A stretch of DNA of 20,000 bases from Occultella glacieicola (GTDB lineage Bacteria; Actinomycetota; Actinomycetes; Actinomycetales; Beutenbergiaceae). Location of the stretch: assembly GCF_004353825.1 (NCBI RefSeq), contig NZ_SMNA01000010.1, forward strand, positions 179,897 to 199,896, in the 5' to 3' direction. The number at the start of each line of letters is the position of its first letter. Within the stretch, counting starts at the first letter, position 1. A program made the translations under genes and the position numbers. Of the stretch, positions 1-8,693 are shown piece by piece. The notes below the pieces were generated by a model. That model worked only from the letters and a program-made list of their open reading frames with translations, was not told the DNA's origin and made no database searches.

Positions 1-570
1 CCAGACCGAGGCCAGGATGATCGACGGCATCGCCCAGGTGGGGTCGGTCCACCAGCCGGGCTCCGGTAGCCCGATGGCGCCGAGCACCGTGTTGACGAGG
101 CCGTTGGACGGGCTGAGCAGCCACTGCCAGACGAGGGCCACCACCACCCAGCTCGTCACCACGGGCAGGAAGTACGCACCGCGCAGGAACGCGATGCCGG
201 CCATCGCCCGGTTCAGCGCGAGGGCCAGGCCGAGGCCGCCGATGTAGACCAGCGGGAGGTAGCCGAGGATGTAGGTCGCGGTGTTGGCGAACACGTCCCA
301 GGTGCGCGGGTCCGCGAGGAGCTCGCGGTAGTTCTCCAGGCCCACCCACTCCATCGGCGAGATGAGGTTCCAGTCGTGCAGGCTCACCCAGGCCGAGGAG
401 ATCATCGGCACGAGGGTGAACGCGGTGAGTGGGATCGCGCTGGGGAGCAGGAACAGCAGCGCCCAGCCGAGGGTGCGCCAACCACGCCGTCGGGTGTTCG
501 TGCGCTTCGGACTCGCGGCCCTGGGATCGGAGCGGGGTCGGCTCGCCACGGGTGCCGGTGCGGTGCTCAT
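1..570 (-). CDS. Carbohydrate ABC transporter permease (MalF/UgpA-like), 5' part; runs off the left edge
   Basis: Not in the ORF track. Manual translation from ATG at 570 gives MSTAPAP...WALLFLLPSAIPLTAFTLVPMISSAWVSLHDWNLISPMEWVGLENYRELLADPRTWDVFANTATYILGYLP...LALALNRAMAGIAFLRGAYFLPVVTSWVVVALVWQWLLSPSNGLVN. The VGLENY and YFLPVV motifs are typical of CUT1 permeases. The ATG overlaps the ROK stop (ATGA, 567-570). Confidence 0.93.
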   Translation of the reverse strand, partial: MSTAPAPVASRPRSDPRAASPKRTNTRRRGWRTLGWALLFLLPSAIPLTAFTLVPMISSAWVSLHDWNLISPMEWVGLENYRELLADPRTWDVFANTATYILGYLPLVYIGGLGLALALNRAMAGIAFLRGAYFLPVVTSWVVVALVWQWLLSPSNGLVNTVLGAIGLPEPGWWTDPTWAMPSIILASVW

Positions 571-1790
571 CGCATCGCCGCCGCACTGCCGGTGTGCAGG
601 CGGGCCCGGATGAGCCGGCCCTGGTCGCCGCTTGCGCCGGCCGCGTCGAACGGGGTGTGCAGCACCAGCGCCGCGGCCCCGGCGGCCCAGCGTTCGTCCG
701 ACCAGGACTCGACGGCGAACGGGAGGCTGCGGCGGCTCGGCAGCAGGTGCCGGCGGAACGCCCGCTCGAACGACTCCTCCCAGTGCGGCCAGCAGTCCGT
801 GCCCTCGCCGAGCAGGACCACGATCTCGGGGGCCACGGTGTGCACCACCCCGGCGAGCGTGCGCCCGAGCAGGGCGCCGGCGTCGGCGAACACGACTCGG
901 GCGGCGGCGTCACCGTCGTCCGCGGCCTTACGCAGGGCTGCCTTGCCGCTGCGTGGCCCGATGGCCCCGGCGGCCTGCGCCGCGCGCACGAGGGCTTCAT
1001 CGCCGATGAAGGCCTCCAGGCAGCCGGTGTTGCCGCACCCGCAGACCGGGCCGTCCGCCGCCACCGGGAAGTGGCCGATCTCGCCGGCGCCGCCGTCGGT
1101 GCCGCGGTGCAGGTTTCCGTCCACCACGATGCCGCAGCCGATGCCCCGGCCGATCGTCACGATGAGCGCCGAGTCGTGGGCGCTGGCGGTGCCGTAGAGG
1201 CGTTCGGCCACGGCGAGGGTGTTCACGTCGTTGTCGACCAGGACCGGCAGGTCGAGTGCGCGGCGCAGGAAGGTGCCGACCGGGACCTCGCGCCAGCCCA
1301 GGGTGGGTGCCTGCACCACGCCACTGGCCTGGTCGTCCACGGTGCCGGGCACACCGACGCCGATGCCGAGGAGCAGGCCGTCATAGCGGTCGATCGACGC
1401 CGCGAGCAGGCGGGCCAGCACGTCCAGCGCGTCGGGGCTGGAGGGGTCGAACGGTTCGTTGAGGATGTCCCGGACCGCGCCGTCGAGACCGACCTGGACC
1501 GTCGTCACGTGGTCCGCGGTCACCTTCGCGCCGATCGCGCCGACCCCGGCGCCGTCCACCAGCCCGAGCAACTGCGCCGGCCGCCCGCCGCCGGAGGGCA
1601 CCACGTCGAGTTCGGTGATCACGCCGAGACTCAGCAGCGACTTGGTGACCTGGGTGATGGTCGCCGGGCTGACCCGCAGGGCGCGGGCGAGCTGGGCCCG
1701 GGACATCGGCCCCTTGGCACCCAGCGCGGCAATGACACTCGCCGGCCCGAGCTCTCCCCGGTCCGGCAGTGACGTCCGTGTCCCAGTCAT
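567..1790 (-). CDS. ROK family transcriptional repressor (N-terminal HTH plus ROK sugar-binding domain)
   Basis: HTH segment MSRAQLARALRVSPATITQVTKSL; ROK motifs GIGVGVPG, VDNDVN, GRGIGCG, GEIGH, CGCGNTGCLE. Start placed at ATG 1790 (AAGAGG just upstream) rather than GTG 1823, which abuts the predicted -10. Confidence 0.95.
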   Translation of the reverse strand: MTGTRTSLPDRGELGPASVIAALGAKGPMSRAQLARALRVSPATITQVTKSLLSLGVITELDVVPSGGGRPAQLLGLVDGAGVGAIGAKVTADHVTTVQVGLDGAVRDILNEPFDPSSPDALDVLARLLAASIDRYDGLLLGIGVGVPGTVDDQASGVVQAPTLGWREVPVGTFLRRALDLPVLVDNDVNTLAVAERLYGTASAHDSALIVTIGRGIGCGIVVDGNLHRGTDGGAGEIGHFPVAADGPVCGCGNTGCLEAFIGDEALVRAAQAAGAIGPRSGKAALRKAADDGDAAARVVFADAGALLGRTLAGVVHTVAPEIVVLLGEGTDCWPHWEESFERAFRRHLLPSRRSLPFAVESWSDERWAAGAAALVLHTPFDAAGASGDQGRLIRARLHTGSAAAMR

Positions 1791-1809
1791 GACACCTCTT
1801 CGTTCGCGA

Positions 1810-1853
1810 CTTAATTTAGCCACATATTAAGAGGACGGATCGACCTACGTCAA
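1810..1853 (-). promoter_or_regulatory. SigA-type promoter of the ROK/ABC operon, overlapped by an AT-rich inverted repeat (probable ROK operator)
   Basis: Minus strand reads TTGACG (1853-1848), N18, TAATAT (1829-1824). The inverted repeat CTTAAT-N10-ATTAAG (1810-1831) covers the -10 and the likely start site and stands out in GC-rich DNA. Confidence 0.75.
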
Positions 1854-1978
1854 CGGCTGTCACTCGTGAGACGCGAGCTGGGTTGAGCCCGTGCTCCTGG
1901 TCACGCGGCCCGTCCTGACCGTCGGCGATCCGCACGGCTCGCGCCGACGCGACTCCGTTCGTGCGCCGGCACCATTCG

Positions 1979-1993
1979 TAGGATGAGCCCGTG
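1979..1993 (+). promoter_or_regulatory. -10 element with probable leaderless start
   Basis: TAGGAT (1979-1984) lies 6 nt before GTG 1991, with no SD sequence. This is the typical actinobacterial leaderless arrangement. Confidence 0.55.
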
Positions 1994-2386
1994 GCCGCAC
2001 GCACCCCGTCCGTTCGGACGCGCAGAGTGATCCAGGCCGTGTGGATCGTCGGGTTCGTCTTCGGCACGAGCACCCACGTCGTCGACCTGGTGGTCAGCGG
2101 AATGGATGTCTACGCGGGCTTTCCCACGGGGGTCCGCCTGTTCTGGACCTCGCTGACGGTGCTGGATGCCGCCACGGTCGCGCTGATCGCGGTGCGACGG
2201 CGCGCAGGTGTGATTCTCGGGGTCGCCGTGATCCTCACCGACATCGCCGTGAACTGGACCATGTTCGCCACGCGTGGCGGCTTGGCGCCCTTCGGTGTGG
2301 TCAACCAGGCGCTGTTCGCCGTGTTCATCCTGGGCACCATGCGCGTCCTCTGGACGTGGTTCGAGCGGCCACCGCCCGCCGAGTGA
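1991..2386 (+). CDS. Hypothetical integral membrane protein (about 4 TM helices)
   Basis: 131 aa with hydrophobic stretches VIQAVWIVGFVFG, LFWTSLTVLDAATVALIAV, GVILGVAVILTDIAVNW and ALFAVFILG; GC-rich third codon positions. Confidence 0.75.
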   Translation: MAARTPSVRTRRVIQAVWIVGFVFGTSTHVVDLVVSGMDVYAGFPTGVRLFWTSLTVLDAATVALIAVRRRAGVILGVAVILTDIAVNWTMFATRGGLAPFGVVNQALFAVFILGTMRVLWTWFERPPPAE

Positions 2387-2489
2387 CGCCGGCACGGTCG
2401 CCGTGTTGGTCCGAGGCTTGCCTCTACGATCTCGAGGACGGCCTATTCGGCCGGTGCAGGGCCGCGAGGCGTGAACGAGATGGAGCGAG

Positions 2490-3197
2490 ATGAGCGACAG
2501 ACAGCTGGTATTTCGAGACTCGCAAGGACACCAGCGCTCGTTCACGATGGGCGATCGCGACCACCTGAAGTTCTCCAAGGCGTTCGACACCTTCCTCAGG
2601 AAGCATGTGAGCGAAGAGAACTCGACCTTTCGTCTGGAACGCGTGCTCACCGACGAGGTGATGGTCATCGAGACGTCGCTCGGCATCATCGGTCGCGTGC
2701 GAAACGGTGACAGTCCCGAGGCCACCTACCGCCGCTACGAGCGGCGCACCGACGGCGCCGAGCTGCAGTTGCGCTTCGCCTTCCGCGGTTACGAGGCTCT
2801 CGACGCGCACGGCCCGTGGGTATCGGATCGCGAGACGCTGCTTCCGGACGACTCGTTCGAGAATCTCGAGCTCGCCTGGGCGCGGGAGTTGGACAGGCGC
2901 GAGCAGCGACGCCGGGAGATCGCCGCGATGCCGAAGCTCGACAAGAAGGCGCTGAATCAGTTCTGCAGGGCCTGGGCGGACACTGGCTACAACGAGTACG
3001 TGAGCGACTCCGAGGTGTACTACGTGCTGTTCGACGGCCGAACGCTCGACGAGGCGGGCGCGGCCCGGGACGAGCTGCTGACGGCGATCGAGACTCTGGG
3101 CCTGGCCCTCGTCGAGCCGCAGGCAGGCGCCCCCGCCGGTGAGGTGTGGGTGCGCTCCGATCCGCGTGTCGATCTTGAGCTCGAGAAGTGGGCCTGA
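2490..3197 (+). CDS. Hypothetical protein
   Basis: 235 aa, globular composition, GGAG upstream of the ATG, plausible codon usage. No family recognised. Confidence 0.75.
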   Translation: MSDRQLVFRDSQGHQRSFTMGDRDHLKFSKAFDTFLRKHVSEENSTFRLERVLTDEVMVIETSLGIIGRVRNGDSPEATYRRYERRTDGAELQLRFAFRGYEALDAHGPWVSDRETLLPDDSFENLELAWARELDRREQRRREIAAMPKLDKKALNQFCRAWADTGYNEYVSDSEVYYVLFDGRTLDEAGAARDELLTAIETLGLALVEPQAGAPAGEVWVRSDPRVDLELEKWA

Positions 3198-3277
3198 GCC
3201 TCCATCCACCAAGGAACCGGGCGCTGTCCTTCACGCCTCGGGCGGTTTCGTGAACGGATGCGTGCGAGGCTCGGTAC

Positions 3278-4273
3278 GTGTACGACCAACCGTTCGTCGG
3301 CGAGCCCTCTACCGACCCGGCTCTGCTGAGGACCCTGGCGGCCGCGGGCCTGCCAGGAACCGGACGCTTCCTTCGCAAGGCCGGCTGGGTCAGCCGCGTG
3401 TGGGTCGGCGACGAACACGTCGTGCGACTGAACAACGACGAGCGGTTCCGCGACGCGTATCGCCACGAGGCAGGCGTTGTCGACCTGCTCGCCGGCAGCG
3501 AGGTTCCACACGCCCGGATCCTCGCCCACGGCGACGGCCCGGACGGGCCGTGGTACGTCTCCGAACGCCTGCCCGGCCGGACCCTGTACGACGCATGGCC
3601 GGCGGCGGACTCGCGCACGCGTCAGGCGATGATCGAGAGCCTCGGCTCTGCGTTGCGCGCCCTTCACCGCGTCCCCGTGCCGGCCGACCTGCTGCCGCCC
3701 TGGCTGACCGACGCCCTCTCCGGCAAGCCGTGGCCGGCGTTCCACCCACCCGTCGTGGGTGCCGCGGTCCAGCAGGTCGAGGCGGCCAGGCGACTGCCCG
3801 GTCAGGACGCGCGCCTGCTCGCGGACGTCGCGGACTGGATCCAGGAGCGGCTGGCGTTGTTCGTCGCCGACGAACCCGTCCTCGTCCACGGTGATCTCCA
3901 TGGATCCAACGTGATGGTCGACCAAGGGCGCGTCACCGGTCTGATCGACTTCGCGGAGGCGCTGGCTCAGCCGGCGGATGTCGAGCTCGACACGATCCTG
4001 CGCTGGTGCGCGAAGGCCCGGGAGTACCCACCCACCCCCGACGAACAGGGGCTCGACGAGACCACCCTCACAGACGTCCCCGGGTGGTTGCACGGCGCGT
4101 ATCCGGAGCTGTTCGCGCGCGAGCACCTGCGCGAGCGGTTGAACTTCTATGACATGTACGGGGAGCTCGCGCTCTACGCACACCACCCCCAGCCCGACGT
4201 TCGGGAGGCGGCGAAGGACCGCATCGCTCGCCTGCTCGCCGGCCGCAACCATCTGGATGGACTCGTCTGGTAG
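3278..4273 (+). CDS. Aminoglycoside phosphotransferase (APH)/choline-kinase-like phosphotransferase
   Basis: Catalytic motif VLVHGDLHGSNVMV and metal-binding GLIDF; hinge segment ERLPGRTL. Substrate unknown and start codon uncertain. Confidence 0.88.
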   Translation: MYDQPFVGEPSTDPALLRTLAAAGLPGTGRFLRKAGWVSRVWVGDEHVVRLNNDERFRDAYRHEAGVVDLLAGSEVPHARILAHGDGPDGPWYVSERLPGRTLYDAWPAADSRTRQAMIESLGSALRALHRVPVPADLLPPWLTDALSGKPWPAFHPPVVGAAVQQVEAARRLPGQDARLLADVADWIQERLALFVADEPVLVHGDLHGSNVMVDQGRVTGLIDFAEALAQPADVELDTILRWCAKAREYPPTPDEQGLDETTLTDVPGWLHGAYPELFAREHLRERLNFYDMYGELALYAHHPQPDVREAAKDRIARLLAGRNHLDGLVW

Positions 4274-4410
4274 GCGCGGCCACACGGGATCTGACCTGCG
4301 CCCGAGTCCGGGCTCGCACTCCCGCGCACTCCCCGGTGGCCGACGTCCGCCGTTGCCGCCACAGTGGCATCCGTAGGGCAAGGACCCTCGAGGCGATGCG
4401 GAGGTGCGTG

Positions 4411-5403
4411 ATGGCGCGATCGATCTGGACCGGTGCGTTGGCGTTCGGGTTGGTGAACGTGCCCGTGGGCCTGTACTCGGCCACCGAGGACAAGACGATC
4501 CACTTCCGCCAGTTCGCGAAGGGCACCTCCTCACGGATCCGGTACAAGCGGGTCAACGAGGACACCGGCCGGGAGGTCGACTACGAGGACGTCGTCAAGG
4601 GCTACGAGCTGGACAACGGGGAGTACGTGCTCCTCGACCCGGACGAGCTCGACGAGATCGCACCCGGCCGCTCGCGCACGATCGACATCACCGACTTCGT
4701 CGACGCCGAGGACATCGACCCCATCCACTACCAGAAGACCTACTACCTGGCGCCGGCGAACGAGAGCGCCGAGCGCGCCTACCGGCTGCTCACCGCCGCC
4801 ATGGAGAAGACCGACCGGATCGCCGTCGCGAACTTCGTGATGCGCTCCAAGCAGTACCTGGCCGCCGTGCGCCCGCACAACGGGGTCCTGACGCTGGAGA
4901 CGATGTTCTTCGCCGACGAGATCCGCGACCCCAAGTCCGAGCTGCCGCGGGTGCCGGCGGCGCGCAAGCCCGGCGACAAGGACCTGAAGATGGCGACGTC
5001 CCTGATCGAGTCCATGACCTCGGAGTGGGATCCCGCGAACTACGTCGACACCTACCGCGAGAAGGTCCTCGACCTGGTGCAGGCGAAGGCCAAGGGCGAG
5101 GGCGTCGTCACCCCGAGCGACGCCGAGGAGGACGAGGGTGGTGGCGTCATCGATCTGATGGAGGCGCTGCGCAAGTCGGTCGAAGCATCCCGTCAGCACA
5201 AGGCCGGCAACCGCCATCAGGCCGGTGGGCTCGAACGCAAGACCAAGGAGTCGGGCGACGCACCGGACGTGGCGGCGAAGTCGAAGAAGGAGCTGTACGA
5301 CCTGGCGAAGGACTACGACATCGACGGCCGCTCGCAGATGACCAAGGAGGAACTCGCTGACGCGATCACCCAGGCGGCCAAGACCCAGAAGAAGGCCTCA
5401 TGA
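4411..5403 (+). CDS. ku: Non-homologous end-joining protein Ku with C-terminal HeH/Rho-N-like extension
   Basis: MARSIWTGALAFGLVNVPVGLYSATE, VKGYE, YQKTYYLAP, TLETMFFADEIR, YVDTYRE and VIDLMEALRKSV are bacterial Ku hallmarks. SD GGAGG precedes ATG 4411. Tail: KSKKELYDLAKDYDIDGRSQMTKEELADAI. Confidence 0.97.
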   Translation: MARSIWTGALAFGLVNVPVGLYSATEDKTIHFRQFAKGTSSRIRYKRVNEDTGREVDYEDVVKGYELDNGEYVLLDPDELDEIAPGRSRTIDITDFVDAEDIDPIHYQKTYYLAPANESAERAYRLLTAAMEKTDRIAVANFVMRSKQYLAAVRPHNGVLTLETMFFADEIRDPKSELPRVPAARKPGDKDLKMATSLIESMTSEWDPANYVDTYREKVLDLVQAKAKGEGVVTPSDAEEDEGGGVIDLMEALRKSVEASRQHKAGNRHQAGGLERKTKESGDAPDVAAKSKKELYDLAKDYDIDGRSQMTKEELADAITQAAKTQKKAS

Positions 5404-5615
5404 CCAGCCCCACCTCCGCCGTCACCACGGCTGCCGTGCCGTGTTGCGGTTCGGCGCACCTGCGCCACTGCCACGGCACCTGGATCGTGCACGCCGACGA
5501 GACCCAGTCCTGTTCCGATCCCGGGTGCGGCACACCCGGTGAGGCCCACGCGCTCATCATGGTCTGCGCCGACCTGGAGCCAGGATGCCGATGCCTGCCA
5601 GCGGCCGAGGCGTAG
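5400..5615 (+). CDS. Small Cys/His-rich putative metal-binding protein, translationally coupled to ku
   Basis: ATGA overlap with the ku stop. 71 aa with 8 Cys and 5 His (CC...HLRHCHGTWIVH...CSDPGC...H...C...CRC). Confidence 0.7.
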   Translation: MTSPTSAVTTAAVPCCGSAHLRHCHGTWIVHADETQSCSDPGCGTPGEAHALIMVCADLEPGCRCLPAAEA

Positions 5616-5758
5616 TCCCGGATGTCCCGACCGCCGGGTGCCTCGAACGCTCGGCGCGCGCACCAGCCGCGTTGCTGGCAGCCTCGGTTCAGAGCCGGGC
5701 GGCCCGCCGAGGCACCTCCCAGGTGCCGGCCGCCGGCAGGTGAGGGAGGTCGCTGGCG

Positions 5759-6001
5759 ATGCCACGCGGAGACGTCGAGACGTTCCATGAGGACGGGCAG
5801 TGGAAGAACCGCCGCGAAGGAACCGAGCAGGCGTTCAGCATGCACGAGGACAGGGACGAAGCGATCGCGGTCGGGCGCGAGGAGGCACGCACCGGGGGCG
5901 TGGACCACGTCATCAGGAACGACGACGGCACGGTCGGCGAACGGTCGAGCTACGGACCCGATCCGCGCGATGCCCAGGGTCCCCGCGACATCCACGGCTG
6001 A
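5759..6001 (+). CDS. DUF2188 family protein
   Basis: GQWKNRREG...HEDRDEAIAVGREEAR...HVIRNDDGTVGERSSYGPDPRD matches the DUF2188 pattern; SD GGGAGG upstream. Confidence 0.85.
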   Translation: MPRGDVETFHEDGQWKNRREGTEQAFSMHEDRDEAIAVGREEARTGGVDHVIRNDDGTVGERSSYGPDPRDAQGPRDIHG

Positions 6002-6075
6002 TCCCGGTCTCGGTGTCCGCGCCGTCAGACGTTCGGGTCAGCGGATGCGGTGACTCCCGGGTGCCTGCCGTCGGT

Positions 6076-6091
6076 CGCTTCCGCGGAAGCG
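6076..6091. terminator. Perfect palindrome between the convergent DUF2188 and panB genes; possible terminator hairpin
   Basis: CGCTTCCGCGGAAGCG is self-complementary and lies 4 nt past the panB stop. It has no U-tract. Confidence 0.35.
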
Positions 6092-6095
6092 CCCC

Positions 6096-6956
6096 TCACT
6101 CCCAGTACGCGTGCTCCCGCGCCGGGAACGTCCCGGCCCGAACCTCGGTGGCGTAGTCGGCCGCGGCCCGCTCGAGCTCGGCCCCGATCTGCGCGAACTG
6201 CTTCGCGAACCGTGGCGCCCAGCCGCCCATGCCGGCCATGTCCAGCCAGACCAGCACCTGCCCGTCGCAGGAGGGACCGGCGCCGATCCCGATGGTCGGG
6301 ATCGCAAGGATCTCGGTGGCCCGGGCCGCGACCGGCGCGGGCACCATCTCGAGCACGATCGCGAACGCACCGGCCTCCTGCAGCGCGAGGGCGTCCTCGC
6401 AGAGCAGTTCGGCGGCGTCCTCGCCGCGGCCCTGGACGCGTTTGCCGCCGAGGACGTTCTCCGACTGCGGGGTGAACCCGAGGTGCCCCATCACCGGGAT
6501 GCCGGCGGAGGTGAGCAGCCGCACGTGCTCGGCCACCCGGGCGCCGCCCTCGAACTTCACGGCCTGCGCCCCGGTCTCCTTCATCATCCGGACCGCGGAG
6601 GCGTGGGCCTGCGCGGGGCTGGCCTCGTAGGACCCGAACGGCAGGTCCGCCACCACCATGGCGCGCTTGGTGGCCCGGGTCACCGCGCGGGCCGCGGGGA
6701 TCAGCTCGTCCATCGTCACCGGGATCGTGTTGGCGTGGCCGAGCATGTTGTCGCCCATCGAGTCCCCGACGAGCAACATGTCGATGCCGGCGGCGTCGAA
6801 GATCCGCGCGGTCGCCGCGTCGTAGGCGGTCAGCATGGTCAGCCGTTCACCGGCTTCCTTCGCGGCCTGCACGTGCTGCACGCGCACCCGCCTGGGCTTG
6901 TCCCCTCCCACCGGGGGTAGTGCGGACTTCGGCGAGGCAGGGGTCTCCTGTGACAT
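6096..6956 (-). CDS. panB: 3-methyl-2-oxobutanoate hydroxymethyltransferase
   Basis: LTMLTAYD, LLVGDSMG, VVADLPFGSY, AVKFEGG, MGHLGFTPQS, PTIGIGAG, DGQVLV. Confidence 0.98.
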   Translation of the reverse strand: MSQETPASPKSALPPVGGDKPRRVRVQHVQAAKEAGERLTMLTAYDAATARIFDAAGIDMLLVGDSMGDNMLGHANTIPVTMDELIPAARAVTRATKRAMVVADLPFGSYEASPAQAHASAVRMMKETGAQAVKFEGGARVAEHVRLLTSAGIPVMGHLGFTPQSENVLGGKRVQGRGEDAAELLCEDALALQEAGAFAIVLEMVPAPVAARATEILAIPTIGIGAGPSCDGQVLVWLDMAGMGGWAPRFAKQFAQIGAELERAAADYATEVRAGTFPAREHAYWE

Positions 6957-6966
6957 GCAGTCAAGC

Positions 6967-8616
6967 CTAGTCCGGCTCGGACTCGGAGAATGCGTTCGTG
7001 ATCGGCAGCCGCCGGTCGCGCCCGAACGCCATCGCGGTCACCTTCGGCCCGATCGGGTACTGGCGCCGCTTCCACTCGGCCCGGTCCACGAGCCGCACCA
7101 CCGTCTCGACCGTCTCCTCGTCGAACCCGGACGCGAGCAGGTCCTCGCGCCCGAGCGCGTTCTCCACGTAGGCGTCGAGCACGTTGTCCAGCAGCTCGTA
7201 GTCCGGCAGCGACTGGTCGTCGCGCTGCCCGGGTCGCAGCTCGGCCGACGGCGGCTTCGTGATCGAGTTCTCCGGGATCGGCTCCACCTCGCCGCGGTCC
7301 AGGGCCCTGGCGTTCCGGAACCGGGCCAGCTCCCACACCCGCGTCTTGGACACGTCCTTCAGCGGCGCATACCCCCCGACGGCGTCCCCGTAGATCGTGG
7401 AGTAGCCCACCGCGAGCTCGCTCTTGTTGCCGGTCGCGAGTACCAGGTGCCCCTCGGCGTTGGACAGCGCCATCAGGATCACTCCACGCATCCGTGCCTG
7501 CAGGTTCTCCTCGGCCGTCCCCGAAAGATCCAGCTCGCCCTGGAACGCGGACACCATCGGCGCGATCTCCTGCACGCGGTAGTCCAGCCCGATGCGTTCC
7601 GCCGTATCGAGAGCGTCCGACCGGGAGTGGGAGGACGAGTAGACCGACGGCATCGACACCCCGACCACGTTCGCCGGCCCGACGGCGTCCGCCGCGATCG
7701 CGGCCACCAGCGCCGAGTCGATCCCACCGGAGAGCCCCAGCACCACCGAGCGGAACCCGTTCTTGGAAGCGTAGTCCCGCAGTCCGAGCACCACCGCGTC
7801 ATACATCTGCTCGGTGTCGTCGGCCCGCCGCGCGAACGAGGAGTCCCGGACCGCCGTCTGCCCCGGGGCAGACACGTCGAGCACCGCCAGGTGCTCGACG
7901 AACGTCGGCGAGGACGCGAGCAACTCGCCGTCGACATCCACAACGAACGATCCGCCGTCGAACACCAGATCGTCCTGACCCCCGATCAGGTTCACGTACG
8001 CGACCGGGGCGCCCACCTCCCGGGCCCGTTGCGCCGCCAGGCGCACCCGCAGCGGCGCCTTGCCGCGCTCGTAGGGGGAGCCGTTGATGACCAGGAGCAG
8101 GTCGAGGCCCTCGTCGGTGAGCTGCTCGACGGTGCCGCCGTCGCGCCAGATGTCTTCGCAGATCGCCAGCCCCACGCGCTTACCCGCCACGTCCACCACC
8201 ACCGGGTCGTTTCCGGAGGCGAAGATCCGGAACTCGTCGAACACCCCGTAGTTGGGCAGGTGGTGCTTCGTATAGTGCGTCACCAGACGCCCCTGGTGCA
8301 GCACCACCGCGGTGTTCGTCGGCCGCCCGTCCGCGGCGGTGCCCAAGGCGCCGAGGACCACGACGGCGTCGCCCGCCCCCGCCGAGACCAGCTCACCCGC
8401 CAGCGCGGACAGCCGTGCGGCCGCCGAACGCTGGAACGACCCCCGCACCGCGAGGTCCTCGATCGGGTACCCGGTCAGCACCATCTCCCCGAACGCGATC
8501 AGGTCCGCGCCCTCGGCCGCGGCGGCGGAGGCGACCCGCAGCACCGTGGCGGCGTTGCCGTCCAGGTCGCCCACGGTCGAATTGGTCTGGGCGAGTGCCA
8601 CCCGAATGCTCGTCAT
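6967..8616 (-). CDS. nadE: Glutamine-dependent NAD+ synthetase (CN-hydrolase plus synthetase domains)
   Basis: Nitrilase-fold motifs FGEMVLTGY, KHHLPNYGVFDE and ICEDIW; synthetase motifs GLSGGIDS, ENLQARMRG, TGNKSELAVGYSTIYGD, KPPSAELRPGQ and EWKRRQ. Confidence 0.98.
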   Translation of the reverse strand: MTSIRVALAQTNSTVGDLDGNAATVLRVASAAAAEGADLIAFGEMVLTGYPIEDLAVRGSFQRSAAARLSALAGELVSAGAGDAVVVLGALGTAADGRPTNTAVVLHQGRLVTHYTKHHLPNYGVFDEFRIFASGNDPVVVDVAGKRVGLAICEDIWRDGGTVEQLTDEGLDLLLVINGSPYERGKAPLRVRLAAQRAREVGAPVAYVNLIGGQDDLVFDGGSFVVDVDGELLASSPTFVEHLAVLDVSAPGQTAVRDSSFARRADDTEQMYDAVVLGLRDYASKNGFRSVVLGLSGGIDSALVAAIAADAVGPANVVGVSMPSVYSSSHSRSDALDTAERIGLDYRVQEIAPMVSAFQGELDLSGTAEENLQARMRGVILMALSNAEGHLVLATGNKSELAVGYSTIYGDAVGGYAPLKDVSKTRVWELARFRNARALDRGEVEPIPENSITKPPSAELRPGQRDDQSLPDYELLDNVLDAYVENALGREDLLASGFDEETVETVVRLVDRAEWKRRQYPIGPKVTAMAFGRDRRLPITNAFSESEPD

Positions 8617-8693
8617 GGCACGGAAGCCTACGACTCACCTGACATGATGGTCCCGGCACCGGCGAGCACCGGAAACACAGACGGGAGCAGTGC

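Noticed and set aside
1791..1823. Longer ROK start at GTG 1823
   Set aside because: It abuts the predicted -10 and operator, whereas ATG 1790 has an SD sequence.
4350..4382. Stress-sigma-like promoter GTTG...GGGCAA upstream of ku
   Set aside because: The 20-nt spacer is too long for SigB/SigF-type consensus, so support is weak.
4336..4410. N-terminal extension of Ku in the ORF track
   Set aside because: The conserved Ku start MARSIW with SD GGAGG is at 4411.
8617..8693. GlnR box in the nadE/glnA2 divergent spacer
   Set aside because: There is only a single GGAAAC and no properly spaced second half-site.
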